Of a stretch of DNA of 64,000 nucleotides, positions 1 to 12,579 are shown piece by piece. Made by a program: the position numbers and the translations under genes. The notes under the pieces were generated by a model. That model was not told the DNA's origin and did not search any database. It saw only the letters and a list, made by a program, of their open reading frames with translations. Positions within the stretch are counted from its first letter, which is position 1; each line of letters begins with the position of its first letter. Source of the DNA: Camelus dromedarius (Eukaryota); assembly GCF_036321535.1 (NCBI RefSeq), contig NC_087436.1, positions 49,354,001 to 49,418,000 of the forward strand, written 5' to 3'.

Positions 1-3000
1 CGGGCCGTTTGTTTTCATGTGTGAGTGCCTATGTGATTCTTCAGCAGTCTTCTGAAGGAACCATATGAAAGCAGTTTATATAAAAGACCCTTCATGTGCA
101 CCTTCGTGATATTTGGAAAAATGCATCACATTAGTATTTTTTCATTTTATATTCACAGACAGTTTTACTATGGTTTGTTTAATTAATATTTAACCATTTC
201 TACCTAAGAGGATTTAACTCATATATTAAAAGTCCAAAACTGAATGAGGGTGCACACACAAATGCTCACTCATACACGCTCTCAACGATAGTTGGAAAGA
301 GAAAACAACCTAAAATTTCCACATTGCTTCTTGATACATGTCTGCACGTTAATCGATCGTTTTGATATAATAGAGACAACTGTGAGTCAGTCTCATCTGA
401 CTACTGAATAAATCGATGTTTACTGAATGCTTGCCACTTCAGGTAAAACAAAAGTCTAGTCAAACAAAGTTAGATTTAAGCCCTTTCTTGGCAGAACTGC
501 ATTAATTTATAACCTTTATCAAATTCTGAGCACTTTCAGCTTGTAAGCATACATGATTTACTGTCCAATAAAGGTATATAAGAAGAGGAGAAAATATTAA
601 TGTTCTAATAAAGGATAAGATCAACCCTGTGAAAGCTCAAAAGCATTCAGATATGGCACTGCCCTTAGTAGGAAAGTAATTTCACACAAACTCTCACTAT
701 TTGGGGTCTAGGGTAATTAAGATAAATACATCATCTTCAGGCCAAAACAATGAAAAGCATACAAATAAACAAATGAAAACAATTCTTTTAGCTTATAATC
801 TCTTTTCACCATATCTTAATTCAACATATTAGAAAAGTACAATTGATAGCCGATAACCACTAAATAAGTTATATCTTTTCAAATTCAGAAGGAACTTTTA
901 CTCAGCAAGAAAGATGAAAAATGCCTATCCTCAGCTTTCATTGTGTTGGTTAAATAGGTCACTGTTTTGATAATTTCTTCTAAAAGGAACAGATTCAAAC
1001 GTTAAACAGCTAAAACTTAATTTCTAAGCCTCATATATAAATAATAGATTTGGACAGATAATCTCTAAATTATTCCAGATCTAAATTTCTCTTATACAAA
1101 ACATTACTTGGTGTTTGGTTTATCTCTTGGGGGAAGAAATCCTTTATTTTTAAAAGTTAAACAAATTCCTTCCATTTACAGTACCATATTTCAAAGATTC
1201 TGATCTTTCCTCTAGTATAAGATAGTGTAATTAGGAAAAAATATATTCTATGAAAGAAGAGTTCAAACAGGCCAACTTTTTAATTCACTACAAGTTCATT
1301 TTTGATGATCTAATTTCAATTCTTTGTTAGGCAAGAAGGGTTCTATTTTTGGATAATCAATGATGACATCCGTCCAAAATGACCCTAAAATGCAATACAA
1401 AAAGAACTCAAAATTTGTTCATATTATAAATATTCCAATCAGTCAGCTTACAATTAACAATGAAAAAAAGCATCAGGAAACATATACCAGATTTACACAG
1501 GATTGGATATTTAAATTCATGGTGTTTTTTTTTAAATGAGACTTTTTTTTAAAAAATGATAAATATAAATGAAAACTCTTAAAGTCAATCTGAGAAAGGA
1601 AGAACAAGTCCCTAAAAATAGATATTTAATTTAAAAAAAACCCCAACAATCCTTAATATATAATTAAAAATAGAGGAGGGTTGAGGGAGGTGTGGTGATG
1701 GGGAACTGAAAAGGGAGGTGGGGAGGGATGGGGACAGGCAGAACAGGACTGGGTATGGAGGATGATCAAATAATAATTTTGAGTATTCTGTGGTCAGAGA
1801 GTCTAGTTGGGCAAGTCAATTTATGAATTCTCTTGCATCTGAAGGTGTTTACAAATAAGAAAACACATTTTTTAAAAAAAGCATTTGTGAGGCTGGGCAG
1901 CAAGGACAAGTGCACCATAAATTACAAACAGAACCAAGGCACAATTTGCCCACATTTCCCAAAATCACACAAAAAAAGTCTGACATAACTGGTTCTGTTT
2001 TTCTGCAGGAGGAAAATGAAACATTAATCCTATATTAAGGCACAGTCTCTGAGGCTTTGGTAGGAAACCTGCATATGGGGCAGATCCTGACCTAGACATC
2101 TTGCTCTCTGGTTCATGACCTCATTGGAGCCAGACAAGGACTCCCTGACTATGAATTAAACTGTTTGATTCCTCTGCGCCCGCGCCCACGGACACACAAA
2201 GCCTGTACTCTCAGCTGTTACATAAGAGTCTCTGGAATCCCAGGATGGTGTTTGTAAATAGCACTGCCATGCGCACGGTACCCATGTGTCAAATGTTGAT
2301 GTGGCCGCGTGTAATCGGAAGGCGAGAAAGTGTCAACAAGCTCCAAAGAGAAACCTCGTGTTTTTCTTTGGTCCTAAAAAAGAGCATGTGGGTGTCGAGA
2401 AATTTTCCCTAAGCGAGATTTTTTTTCCTTGTCCCACTCCCCATCCCCTCCCCAGACACCACAAAAAAAAAAAAAAATTAGTGGGAAGAGCTGGAGGAAA
2501 TGACCAAGCTCCAACACATTTCTTTCCTTCTTTCAGTAGCTCCTGACCTGAGGACAGAATCAAAATTAACTGCCATGCCTAGGTAAATTTAGGGCAAGTT
2601 TTGTAACCAGAACAATGCATTCTAAATGCACGTTCTACCATTCTCATCCTAAGGCTTCTCTTTTTCTCTGTTCATTTACTTCAGTGCCTATGGGAATACT
2701 ATGAGAGAGGATTCAACAACCACTAGAAGTACACTAAATAGGCAAACTGTCTGCAAAGTAACAGTCTACATCCAAATAAAATTACGGTATGATCCTTTCA
2801 GCAGAGTATCCAATGGCTGTGTCTGAGTGAACAGAAACATAATTTAGTATTTTACCTGTCTCCTTATTTTAAAGTTCACCCCCATCTACATTCATTGTAT
2901 CTCTTACCATGGGTTTATTAACAGAAAGTAAGTAAACTCCATTCCTTAAGGAGGAAATTTTTACCAATATTGAAGAAAGATGACAATGTTAACAACTAAG

Positions 3001-5844
3001 TATTTTACCCCTAAATCTGGAAAAGTTTCCCATAATCGTCAAGATTAATTGAAGCATGACAAATTATAACAATGAAAAAATACTGATGCAGAACTGTCAG
3101 TAGTAAATTAAACTTGTTTTTGAAAATACCTTTGACTTCAACAAAATCTCATTTTTCTGTCCTTTAAAATGCCATATCCTATATCTTTTACACACCTGAT
3201 AAAAATGTTTTTAAATTATATATTAGTTGATGTCTATAAAATTTCCTACTTGAAAAGAATCACATTTAAGAGTAAGCAGGTTAAGTTTCAAAATACTGAA
3301 AATTTAGCTCCCAAAGTTAACCAAATGTTCTTTCCAATTTTGATCTCTAATAGAAACACATAATTAAATCATAGTCATTTTTACAGGTAAGCTATTAGCA
3401 AAATGTCTACTTCGTTTTCTGCCAATGTTTTCCTTCACTCTATAATACAGTAGAGAATTCCAAAATTAAATTACAATTTTAAAAATTTCAATTTTATATA
3501 CCGTAACTTCATAACAGAAAAAAAAAATAACCATTTAGGTGGCTGGATAGGAATAAAGATAGATTAAATCTAGAATGCAAAGTTTAAAATAAGTGCTTTT
3601 ACTGAAATGGACCTGCTCCTCTTTTTAATTAAAAAAAAAATTTATGTGGTATTTTTAGGATGGAAGATTTGTTCTTCTCACATGTCTTTTATTTTTCCAG
3701 TTTTACTGAGAAATAACTGACATACATCACTGTGTGGTCTTCCCTCATGTTTGAAAGGTATCCACATATAGTATTTTTCCTTTTTTCAGTTAAGTTTGAT
3801 ACATGAACATATGAATAAGTGAAGAAGTGTTTCAATAACTGAATTCACTTTTTAAGATGCTCACTTTAATTTCATGAACTATCAAGCACTTTATTTGCAG
3901 AAGTGGTTTCTTGTTCTGACGTATGCAGTAAAACAAAAAGCTAATAATCATCCAAACTAATTAGTGGGTGTCCAAAAGTAATCCTTTTAATGCAAAAATC
4001 ATGAAAGGTTATAAAAGAGCTGACAAAACTTTACAGCCAATGGCAAATATGAAAATTCTATAACTTCAAAGTAAGAGACTTCAAACAAAAATGGGAAAAG
4101 TGCTGAAAGAACAAACAAATTAAAAAATAAATTAATAGGAACAAGACAGTATGCCAGGGATGGAATCTGGGTGTGGTATCATTGTATTATTTTCAGATTC
4201 TGGTGCTTTACTTTAGAATCAGCACAACCAATAATTAAGGTTTTTTTTTAATGGGTGCCCTTGTTTCTCAATGCAGACAGGAAAGAAAAACAGGAGAAAT
4301 AACTCGCAGGTGGACCTCTATCCTCTGACCTTCACTAATATTAAGCTTTTTTCCCTTTACATTGCAAGACACAAAATATATCAATTTGAGGAGAAATATG
4401 ACAATAAAACCCATCTTGAAAGTTGGGTGAATAGTTTCCATTAGTGTAACTGGAGCACAGAAACTCAGTTTAATATTCTATCAAGAAAATAAGTGACTTG
4501 ATAAGGCAGGTTTTAGCGATGGCTAATGAGGCATGACAAAAGTAATTAAAATAATCATTTGTGACATCTACAAATTTGTGGCAAATCTCAAAATAGTCAA
4601 AGTAGTAAATGAAAAGCATCATTTCTATGGCATACCTTCATGGGAGAGCTGTGTTCTATGTCTGACTGTGGGCAATTCTGCTCTCTGCAGAGAACAGTCC
4701 ATCAAGCAAAAATTCACAGCCTGCTGTTTTTCTTTTGAATATAGTGTATCTTTCATAGTAATTATTTATAAAAAAGCAAAGCTAAAAATATAAACAAATC
4801 AAAATATCCCTACTTTGTTTGAAAAGGCTTACAAGTTTTAGAAGTGCATTAAAAAAAGCAAAGATGGAAAACTACACTCAAATTCAGTGAACGACTTTCT
4901 GATATGATGGAGATACTACTATAAAAATCTGTTGTCAGCTGAGGTGGTTCAAAAAGTGTTACAAGAAACAAAAGATAAAAAACAAGTAAGCTACTGATTT
5001 CTCCCGTAAGCAAGACCAGACCTATATTTTACCTTATTGCTTTGCATAACAATCACTACATCAATTTCTTGATGGGTTACAGGTTCTAACAGAAGTGTCT
5101 AACTTGGGCATGGCTGTCACCAATATACAATAAACCTACAAGTAATGCTATAATCATACTCTCAAAAGGTGGAATTCTGGGTCATTTCTGTAGCTATTCC
5201 TTGGGAAAGTAATGATTACAGCAACTACATGAAGCTAAGACATGTCCTTACTGAGTACAATAACACATTATACATTATTAAAACGGAAGGCTTCAAGATC
5301 ATTGGCTCTCCCCTACTCTGTCACTAGTCATGGTGCCAAGCTATGGGATCCAACTGGCAGCAACCCAGTATTCTCATCAGAATAAAAGGGAGCGAAGTAC
5401 TGCTCAACAAGAAGAATGTTTGGTATCTAGAAATACAGTTAGAAATTCAAATAAAACCAACCCCAATTAATTCACCCTGTGTGTCCAAAATTATACATCC
5501 TAATTGCATAGAGGCTAGTCCTAAAAATCTGCATCCTCTTACCATTAATAGTCTGTAAAAAAAATTCTGCTGGTGCTTCTAAAGACTGTAGCTATGTGTA
5601 GCAAAACTGGAGGACCATCAACATTCTGACCCTAACTTTTTCCCACTTTATCTTCGCATCACAGAGACTGCTGCAGACCAATTTCTTTCTTAACTCTATT
5701 TTACATCTATATTGTTAATAATGTTGCTATGAATATTCAGGTACAAGTTTCTGTGTAGACAACTGTAAGCATTTTAAGTCTCCTTTTATGACTTTCCCCA
5801 CATAGCCTAGATTGTAGCTACACTTTTATCATTAATGATAATGA

Positions 5845-6025
5845 GGTGGTATGCATAATGGTTAAAAGACTGGTTCTTGAGACAGACTGCCTAAATTCAA
5901 ATCTTAGCTAAGCCATGTCCTGGCTGTGTGAACTTGGGCAAGTTATTTAATATCACTGTGTTTTAATTTCCTTGCCAGAGACGGGGATAATAATAATACC
6001 TACTTCTAGAGTTGTGATGAGAAAT
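5845..6025 (+). mobile_element. MIR SINE
   Basis: MIR core ...GGCTGTGTGAACTTGGGCAAGTTATTTAATATCACTGTG...GGGGATAATAATAATACCTAC... Confidence 0.8.
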
Positions 6026-6231
6026 GACATAACTTACAATATCATGAAACATTAAAATGACTTAAAATATTTTTAATGCAGAGGTCATTTTAAGCAAAAA
6101 ATAATTTTTGAGTATACAAAAACCTATATCCTGATGCACATTTTGATAAGGCATGGTAGTACAATCACATAATTAATGAAGTAGAACTAAAACTTTTCTG
6201 TTTTCAGGAGAAAAGGCTTAAAATGATCTAA

Positions 6232-6465
6232 TCATGTGGTAAAGATACAGAACTGAATATACACATACACAAATGTACAGGTCAGACTGGGGAGATCTGA
6301 ATAAGATTGGTAGACTGCGTCAATGTCTGTCTCCTGATTGTGACATGATACTATAGTTTTGCAAAATGTTACCACTGGGGAAAACTGGGCTGAATGTACA
6401 TGGCTAGTTATTTCATACAACTGTACATGAATCTACAACCAACTCAATAAAATTTCAATGAAAAA
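6232..6465 (+). mobile_element. Old L1 (L1MC/MD-like) 3' UTR fragment
   Basis: ACTGGGGAGATCTGAATAAGATTGG...ACTATAGTTTTGCAAAATGTTACCACTGGGGAAAACTGGG, ending in AATAAA and an A-rich tail. Confidence 0.7.
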
Positions 6466-6719
6466 TAGGTTATCCCAATATAAATTTGTTAAAAATCATT
6501 AAACTGTATGCTTACACAAGACCACTTTTATGGGACAACTGCTGTAGCCAGTAGAAGTTACATTTAAGGAAAAAGCACCATCCTTACTACCATCATTGCT
6601 AGCACCAACTGTTTACATTATTTTTCTCTGATGCACTGAGAATAGATTACACATTTTCTAATTTAATGGCATTTTTTTCTAATTCTATGTCATTCATTAA
6701 GGCAAACTGCCCCATGCTC

Positions 6720-7005
6720 TTATTGAGAGTAATTAACTTATAACATTGTGTAAATTTAAGGCATACAATGTGATGATTTGTTATAGGTATATATTGGGAA
6801 ATTATTACTACAATAAGGTTAGTTACATCCATGACCTCATAGAGTTATGACTTCGTGTGTGTGGTGAAAATACTCTTAGCAACTTTCAAATATATAACAC
6901 AGTATTGCTAATTATAGTCACCCTGCTATGCATTACAACCCAGAACTCACGCTTTTTATAACTGGAAGTCTGTACCCTTTGACCACTTTTACCTCCACCC
7001 TGGAC
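6720..7005 (-). mobile_element. L1MA-like 3' end
   Basis: TAACATTGTGTAAATTTAAGGCATACAATGTGATG...TATAGTCACCCTGCTATGCATTAC...ATAACTGGAAGTCTGTACCCTTTGACC is a typical antisense L1MA tail. Confidence 0.75.
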
Positions 7006-10000
7006 CTCCAGTTTAGTAAATCTTGACTGAATAGTACACCAGATTCTATTAGACTGAAAGGACATAGAAATCAGTACCTTCCTTTCAACAGACATAAATA
7101 TAATTTGAAAGAAACATTTATAGTATTTTTAGTGAATAAACCAGTTTATTTTATGTCTTAAATTATCCTTCAAAAACACCTCATCCCAATTTACTTATCT
7201 TACTTAATTCTCAGATTATTTGGAGCTTGATTTCAACTCAGTTTGAGGAACAACCCTTACTAAGCATGAAATATCCAAATTCTTAAAACTGCAGGTAGGT
7301 TGACATCAGCACTGAAATTATTTTTACACAAAATATTGAAAATCCACTTACTATCTATTTATACTTGTTAAAGCCTGGCGCATTTAACTGCATTTCCTGA
7401 CGAATGGAGAAAGCATAAGCCAAAGCTGACAGGACTTTGTTTTGGAATGGGCAACCAAAATTCATTTTACTGAGAAAAGATTATATATCTACCTTACATC
7501 AGGGATTTTCTGCAATGTACAACCTAGGGTCAAAATAATGCTGGAAATAAGCAGATATATACAAGTCTTCTTGGCTTGCAGTCACAGTGATTCAAGGTCT
7601 CCTGCTCTACCCTCTCCTCTTCCAGAACTCTTCTCTCCTACTACATACCAAACCAACAGATGTACTATATAACCTCCTTAAATAATGTCACAGTACTCAC
7701 GGAGTTTTGGCAGTGACTCAAAAATAGAAATTGGAGATTTAGACCAAGTAAATACTGTATATTTGGCAAAATCATTTGTGGCTGTGTTCTTCAGCACAGT
7801 GTCTAAGATAACCACCAGCTCTACTTGGCAACCCGACTCTCCCACAGTTTAGACTCCAATTGTAAAGCTGGCTTGTGAGATGTCTTCCTGCTACTGGCTT
7901 CAGTGCCACTACTCCTCCTAAGGACTACTGTGCAATGGTGTCATCATAGTGCAGAAAATGTTATTTCAGTGAACCAACACGGACAGTTAGCTGGTCCAAA
8001 GTTTTAACCTGTCCCCATGACAGGAAACAATTACAGTAGAACAGTCTACATGCTTGTTAACGAAACAAAGAAGACTCCCTCTCGTAATTTCAGACAGCTC
8101 AGTAAGACTATTAAATTCTACTAAACAACAGCAACGTCAACGACAAGGACAACAACTGAACTTGCAGCAGAAGCAAGTAGAGCATAAAAAAGCACATCTA
8201 ACATTTTCTAAGTATTAGACATTCTAGATGTCAAACATCCACAGCTTTTGAGAACGTTTTATTTCAAGGTCATTTCTTAAGAATTCATAAAAGTTTACTA
8301 ACTTGGATTTGGGGTAGAATGAAAAATAGAGTTTCTGCCAGGTGTGTCTGTGAATCATAAGAAGAACTTCTTAATGAGATCAGCAAATAAGGAAATACAC
8401 TTCAATAGTGACATGTGACTTACAACACTGTGTATGGGTGGAGCCTAGGGGAAATTGATAGAGACATTTTAACTCCAACAAGTGAAACCAAAACATTAAC
8501 TCCAGTCTTTGTTACCCAATACAAGCCCAGTGCCCAAACAGGACTTGGGAAGTCTGTCATAATAACTCCCGGGCAGGTGCATTTCACTTGTTCTGGAAGT
8601 GATGTTGACCTGCCAAAGTAAGTCCAAATGCCATTGAATCAAAAATCATATCAATCCTTCTGGATCCTGGCATGGACCAGCACAATGCCAGATCTAATTA
8701 GAGCCTTAAGAAGAGTTTGTTAAACATGTGAATTTAAACAATCAAGAGACTTTCCTCATTCCAAGTTCACTTCTCACTAGCCATCAGTTCAGTAAGAAAA
8801 TAAGCAAAACAATATTGTAGTCTAAGAAATACTGTCCAGTTATTGTCCACTGTCACTCACTCCCCTAAAAATTCAATTACCCAAGACAGTTCAAGCCATG
8901 AAATTTTTGGAGAATCCAGGTAGTACTATCACAAACATGGTCAATGAAGAGCTGAGGTTATATTTTTTTATTGTAAACTATTTCATACTGATTCAAATAA
9001 TTTCTTTTCTAATAAAGGAGAAAGTGGTGCTTACTCAGATTGGTGAATAATATGCACATCTCCTGCTTATAATCATTGAAGCCACTCATACAATATTAAT
9101 CAGCAACTATTTTCAGAATACAAACAGAATGCATAAAATAAGAGTCTAAATTAAATGACAGAAAAGAGCAAGCTTTCATGGTCACAATCAAAATTTTTAA
9201 ACAATGTAGTGTTCTTTTTTATCAATGTAAGTAGGAAATATTATACCTATTATTTGTTGAATAGCCTGAAAACAGTTGTATATACAACATTTGAAAAGTT
9301 TCCCCCCAAAAGTTAGATACTACTGCAAGCAAAAGGAATTATTTTAAATTTTGAATTGCTAGAATAATTAATCATAGTTTTCTCAACAAATAGTAAGCAT
9401 TAATGCTAAGCTCTTATTTTCTTTATTATTTTAGGACAAATAAAAACTAACCAAATGAGCTGTTTCTATTCCATAGAGAAGAGTAATGTGTCTCCCTTGT
9501 AATCATGTGAAATAACCTTTAGTGTCAATAATTAAAGTAAATGTAACTGCTTTCCCAGAGATCAAAATAGAAAGAGTTACAAAGTGAACACAGAACAAGC
9601 AGTTTTGGAATTCTGATTTATGGAGTAATGTCCATTATTGTGCTTTCCCCTCTGCCCATCTTTTAATCAAACACATGCCTTCAAAACTTAAGTTTGACTT
9701 TCCAATCCTCCACTAATACTTCTCTGCTTAATATATTTAAAAAATCAGTATGTATTGTGTTGAAATTTATATTCTACTTTAAACCCATTATGAAACACAC
9801 ATGTAAACAGGGAAAAGACTATAATTCCCCTCCAGTACTTCAACTTTTCATTAAAATGCAAATATAATGATTTCATTAGCCAGGCAACAATACCCACAGT
9901 CTTAAACCAAACCAAACCCAGTATCTTTTCTATGTACATTACAACTACCCCTAAGATACTATCTTACTCTTATGTTGGACCATTTATTGGCAAATATTTT

Positions 10001-11488
10001 TGGATCTGGGTTTGTCATTATTATCCCTGATTGGAGAGAGAAAAGCACAATGTGAGTTGAGATTTTAAATTTAGGATGTGACAAGTATAAAAATATCTCA
10101 ATACATTTAAGCAAGCAACTGGAAAATGACCCTTCTTCAATTCCTAAACATCCACGAAGGGGGTGGGGGGCCAGGGGAACTCACTCAATGCAATTAAAAG
10201 TCTTTCATGAGGGCAACCCCCAGTAAATTTCACTTATATTTCACACTCGACCTTCCCAGAAGTCTACCCAGGCCATACTTTATTTTGTCATAGGTAGAAA
10301 ACTCTCCATAGAAACTGTTAGCTTAATTATCACTAGACAAGCAGTCTCAATGAAAAACATTCAGCAAGACTCGAGTGTGTGTGTGAAGAACGCGGCGGAA
10401 GACCAGGAGAAAAGGGACACACAGAACTGCAGAGAGATGAAAGACTCAAGAAAAGAGAAGAGCCAAGAGAGAAGAGAAATTGGGAAAGGACTGTTAGAAA
10501 TCTGCTCTCTACTTCTCCGTTTCTTCGCTGGGATTGGGTTTCATTTCTCTGGGCGCCCCTGACCTTGCAGTCTTCCAACTCTCCACGCTCCCCCTCCTCC
10601 CGCCCGCCCCCTCCCCCGGCCTGCGCCTGCCTTTGTGTCTGCCTGTCACTTACCGGGGAACCCGACGAAGCTGATTCGGGAGACGCACAAAGCCAGGACA
10701 CAGACTTGCCCACAAATTCTCCTACACGCATTCCCCAGGCTGGAAGGTACAGCTAGCCCATGGCAGAGCTGATGTACCTGGAGAAAAGTGGGTTCGGGTC
10801 TTGTTGGGGGAACCAGAGAAACTATTCTTTCCTCTCTCGCTCAGCACCGCTAACAAAACGCGCGGACTTCAGGAAAAACAAAACCCCAGTGAGTGGACTC
10901 CAGTTCCACTCGGCGTGACACTCGCGGAGCGCACCCCCGGGAAAGGGGGCACGGGGCAGAAAGGGGCGGACGCAAACGCACATCCAAACCCAGACCCCCA
11001 GCGGAGAAAAGGGTCGAAAACCACCCCGTCAGTGTTCTTTCCGGGGTGGGTGAGGACAGACCAGAGGCTCGTTCGCCTTCCACGAAGGAAGAGGGGGTGG
11101 GGAAGATTCAAGGGAAAAGTCTTGCCCCCCAAAGCTGAACTATTTTAGAAAGGAAAGCAGAGAAAAATCACTTTCCTGGGGATAAAAGGCCGGGAAAGCG
11201 GTCGGCCGGACTCACAAAGGTAAGTTTTCTGGGTGAGGAAGACACGAGCATTAGCGGGAGAGAGAAGCGAACACAGAACTACAGGTTTAAAGTGGGGGGG
11301 GGGGGGGGAATTAAAACTATATTTGTCAGCCATGTTGAAGAGGCTCCAGTAATTTGTGAAGCTTCCCTCTTCCCTCTTGGTATTTGTGGGTGACACTGCA
11401 GGCTTTGCTCCCCAGTCCCCGCAAGCCCGAGAGAAAGCGAAGGGGAGAGGAAAGTGGGAGTTCCGCGGCATAAGAGAAGCGCTCTGAC

Positions 11489-11782
11489 CTCGTTCTCGTC
11501 CCTCAGCCTTGCAGCAATCCAGCAGTTGCAGTCGGGTCTCCTTTCTAACAAATCCTAAAGGGCAGCCATCTTGCTTCCTTCTGCTTCTCTACGAAAGCAG
11601 CCTAGCCTCGGCATCAATATTCATAAGGCAGTTTGACGTCTGTTCTCATCACTCGGCGGGGCCGGCGTCTCGGGGCGGCCGCGGCGAGGGGGCGGACGTG
11701 ACTCGCATGCGAGCCGGGCCTGGGCGCGCGGCGCTCGCGAGGAGGCGGCGGGGCCGCCCGAGCTCTCGCCGCTGCCGCTGCC
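11489..11782 (-). other. TET2: TET2 non-coding first exon (5'UTR exon 1); 5' end approximate
   Basis: The minus strand reads GGCAGCGGCAGCGGCGAGAGCTCGGGCGG...GTGATGAGAACAGACGTCAAACTGCCTTATGAATATTGATG...GAAGCAGAAGGAAGCAAGATGGCTGCCCTTTAGGATTTGTTAGAAAGGAGACCCGACTGCAACTGCTGGATTGCTGCAAGGCTGAGGGACGAGAACGAG. This is near-identical to the human TET2 mRNA 5' end as recalled. It ends at the donor GAG|GTCAGA and lies inside the CpG island. Confidence 0.92.
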
Positions 11783-12401
11783 GCCGCTCTCCTCCTCCGC
11801 CTCCTCCACCCGCTTCCTCCCCCTCCTCCTCTCCCTCCTCCACCGCCCCGCCGCCTCCTCCCACTCCGCCCGGCCGCCGCCTCCTCCGCCCCGGCCTCTG
11901 CCGCCACCTCCCCGGGGCCCTCGGCCCCGGGTCCCGGGGAGTCGGCCCCCCGCCCCGGGCTTCCCGCACCAAAGCCGGCGGCACCTGGGGCCGAAGCAGG
12001 GGGCGCGCGGTCGAGGCCGGGGCCGGGGAGCAAGCGGACGGAGCGGTGCGCCCGGAGGAGCGCGAGGCGGGCGAACGCTGGGGAAAGTCCGGCCCCTGGA
12101 CGCCGCCGCTAGACCCCGGGGCACCCCCCGGATCCTCAGGTCTCCACCCGCGAGACACGCACGAAGGGGGAGGTGGCGTGGGTGCCTGGCACGAGGATGC
12201 GAGACCCCAGCTGAACCCTTGAAACTTTGTTACCGCACCCCACCGCCCCCTTAGAGTAGGTGCGCACCCCCCCGCCGCCCTCGCACCCGCCCCGACTCCC
12301 AGGTCCTGACAGGTACCCCCTCACACGCCCTTAAGCGCACCCGTCTCCGCCCGCGCGGGCCCGCACCGCACCCCCTGGTAGGTCCACCAGCCCCGCCTCA
12401 C

Positions 12402-12579
12402 CTCGCCCCCGCTTTGGCATCCTCTCCACGCGGCCGCTTTAATCTCACTCAGCAGAAGCACTCCCCAGTTTCGCGGAGGGCATGCCCTTAGTGCTTTAGG
12501 GGCCTGTAGTTTTAAAGACTCGACAAATTGGGAAATTGACCGAGGCCCGCTTCTCCCCGCCCCGGCACACCTTCTGTTT
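12402..12579 (-). other. TET2: TET2 upstream alternative non-coding first exon (3' boundary tentative)
   Basis: Minus strand AAACAGAAGGTGTGCCGGGGCGGGGAGAAG...GGTCAATTTCCCAATTTGTCGAGTCTTTAAAACTACAGGCCCCTAAAGCACTAAGGGCATGCCCTC...GCTTCTGCTGAGTGAGATTAAAGCG matches the recalled 5' end of the other human TET2 transcript variant. Candidate donor GAG|GTGAGG at 12402/12401. Confidence 0.7.

Larger units (their letters stand above)
1..11488 (-). other. TET2: TET2 intron 1 (5' part; continues beyond window start)
   Basis: Begins with GT after exon 1. The recalled exon 2 sequence (GCTGGCAAACATTCAGC...) was not seen in the window. Confidence 0.85.

Noticed and set aside
3673..3750. ~50-bp insert with imperfect 13-bp flanking repeats
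   Set aside because: Most likely an extremely truncated L1 tail; ordinary and too short to call firmly.
10333..11551. Cluster of 70-132 aa ORFs downstream of exon 1
   Set aside because: Lie on the GC-rich island shoulder, overlap in several frames and have no recognisable domain.
11509..12222. Long overlapping ORFs of 139-237 aa on both strands
   Set aside because: Low-complexity Pro/Gly/Arg/Ala translations caused by stop-codon scarcity in the CpG island. The region is the TET2 promoter and 5'UTR, with no recognisable protein.
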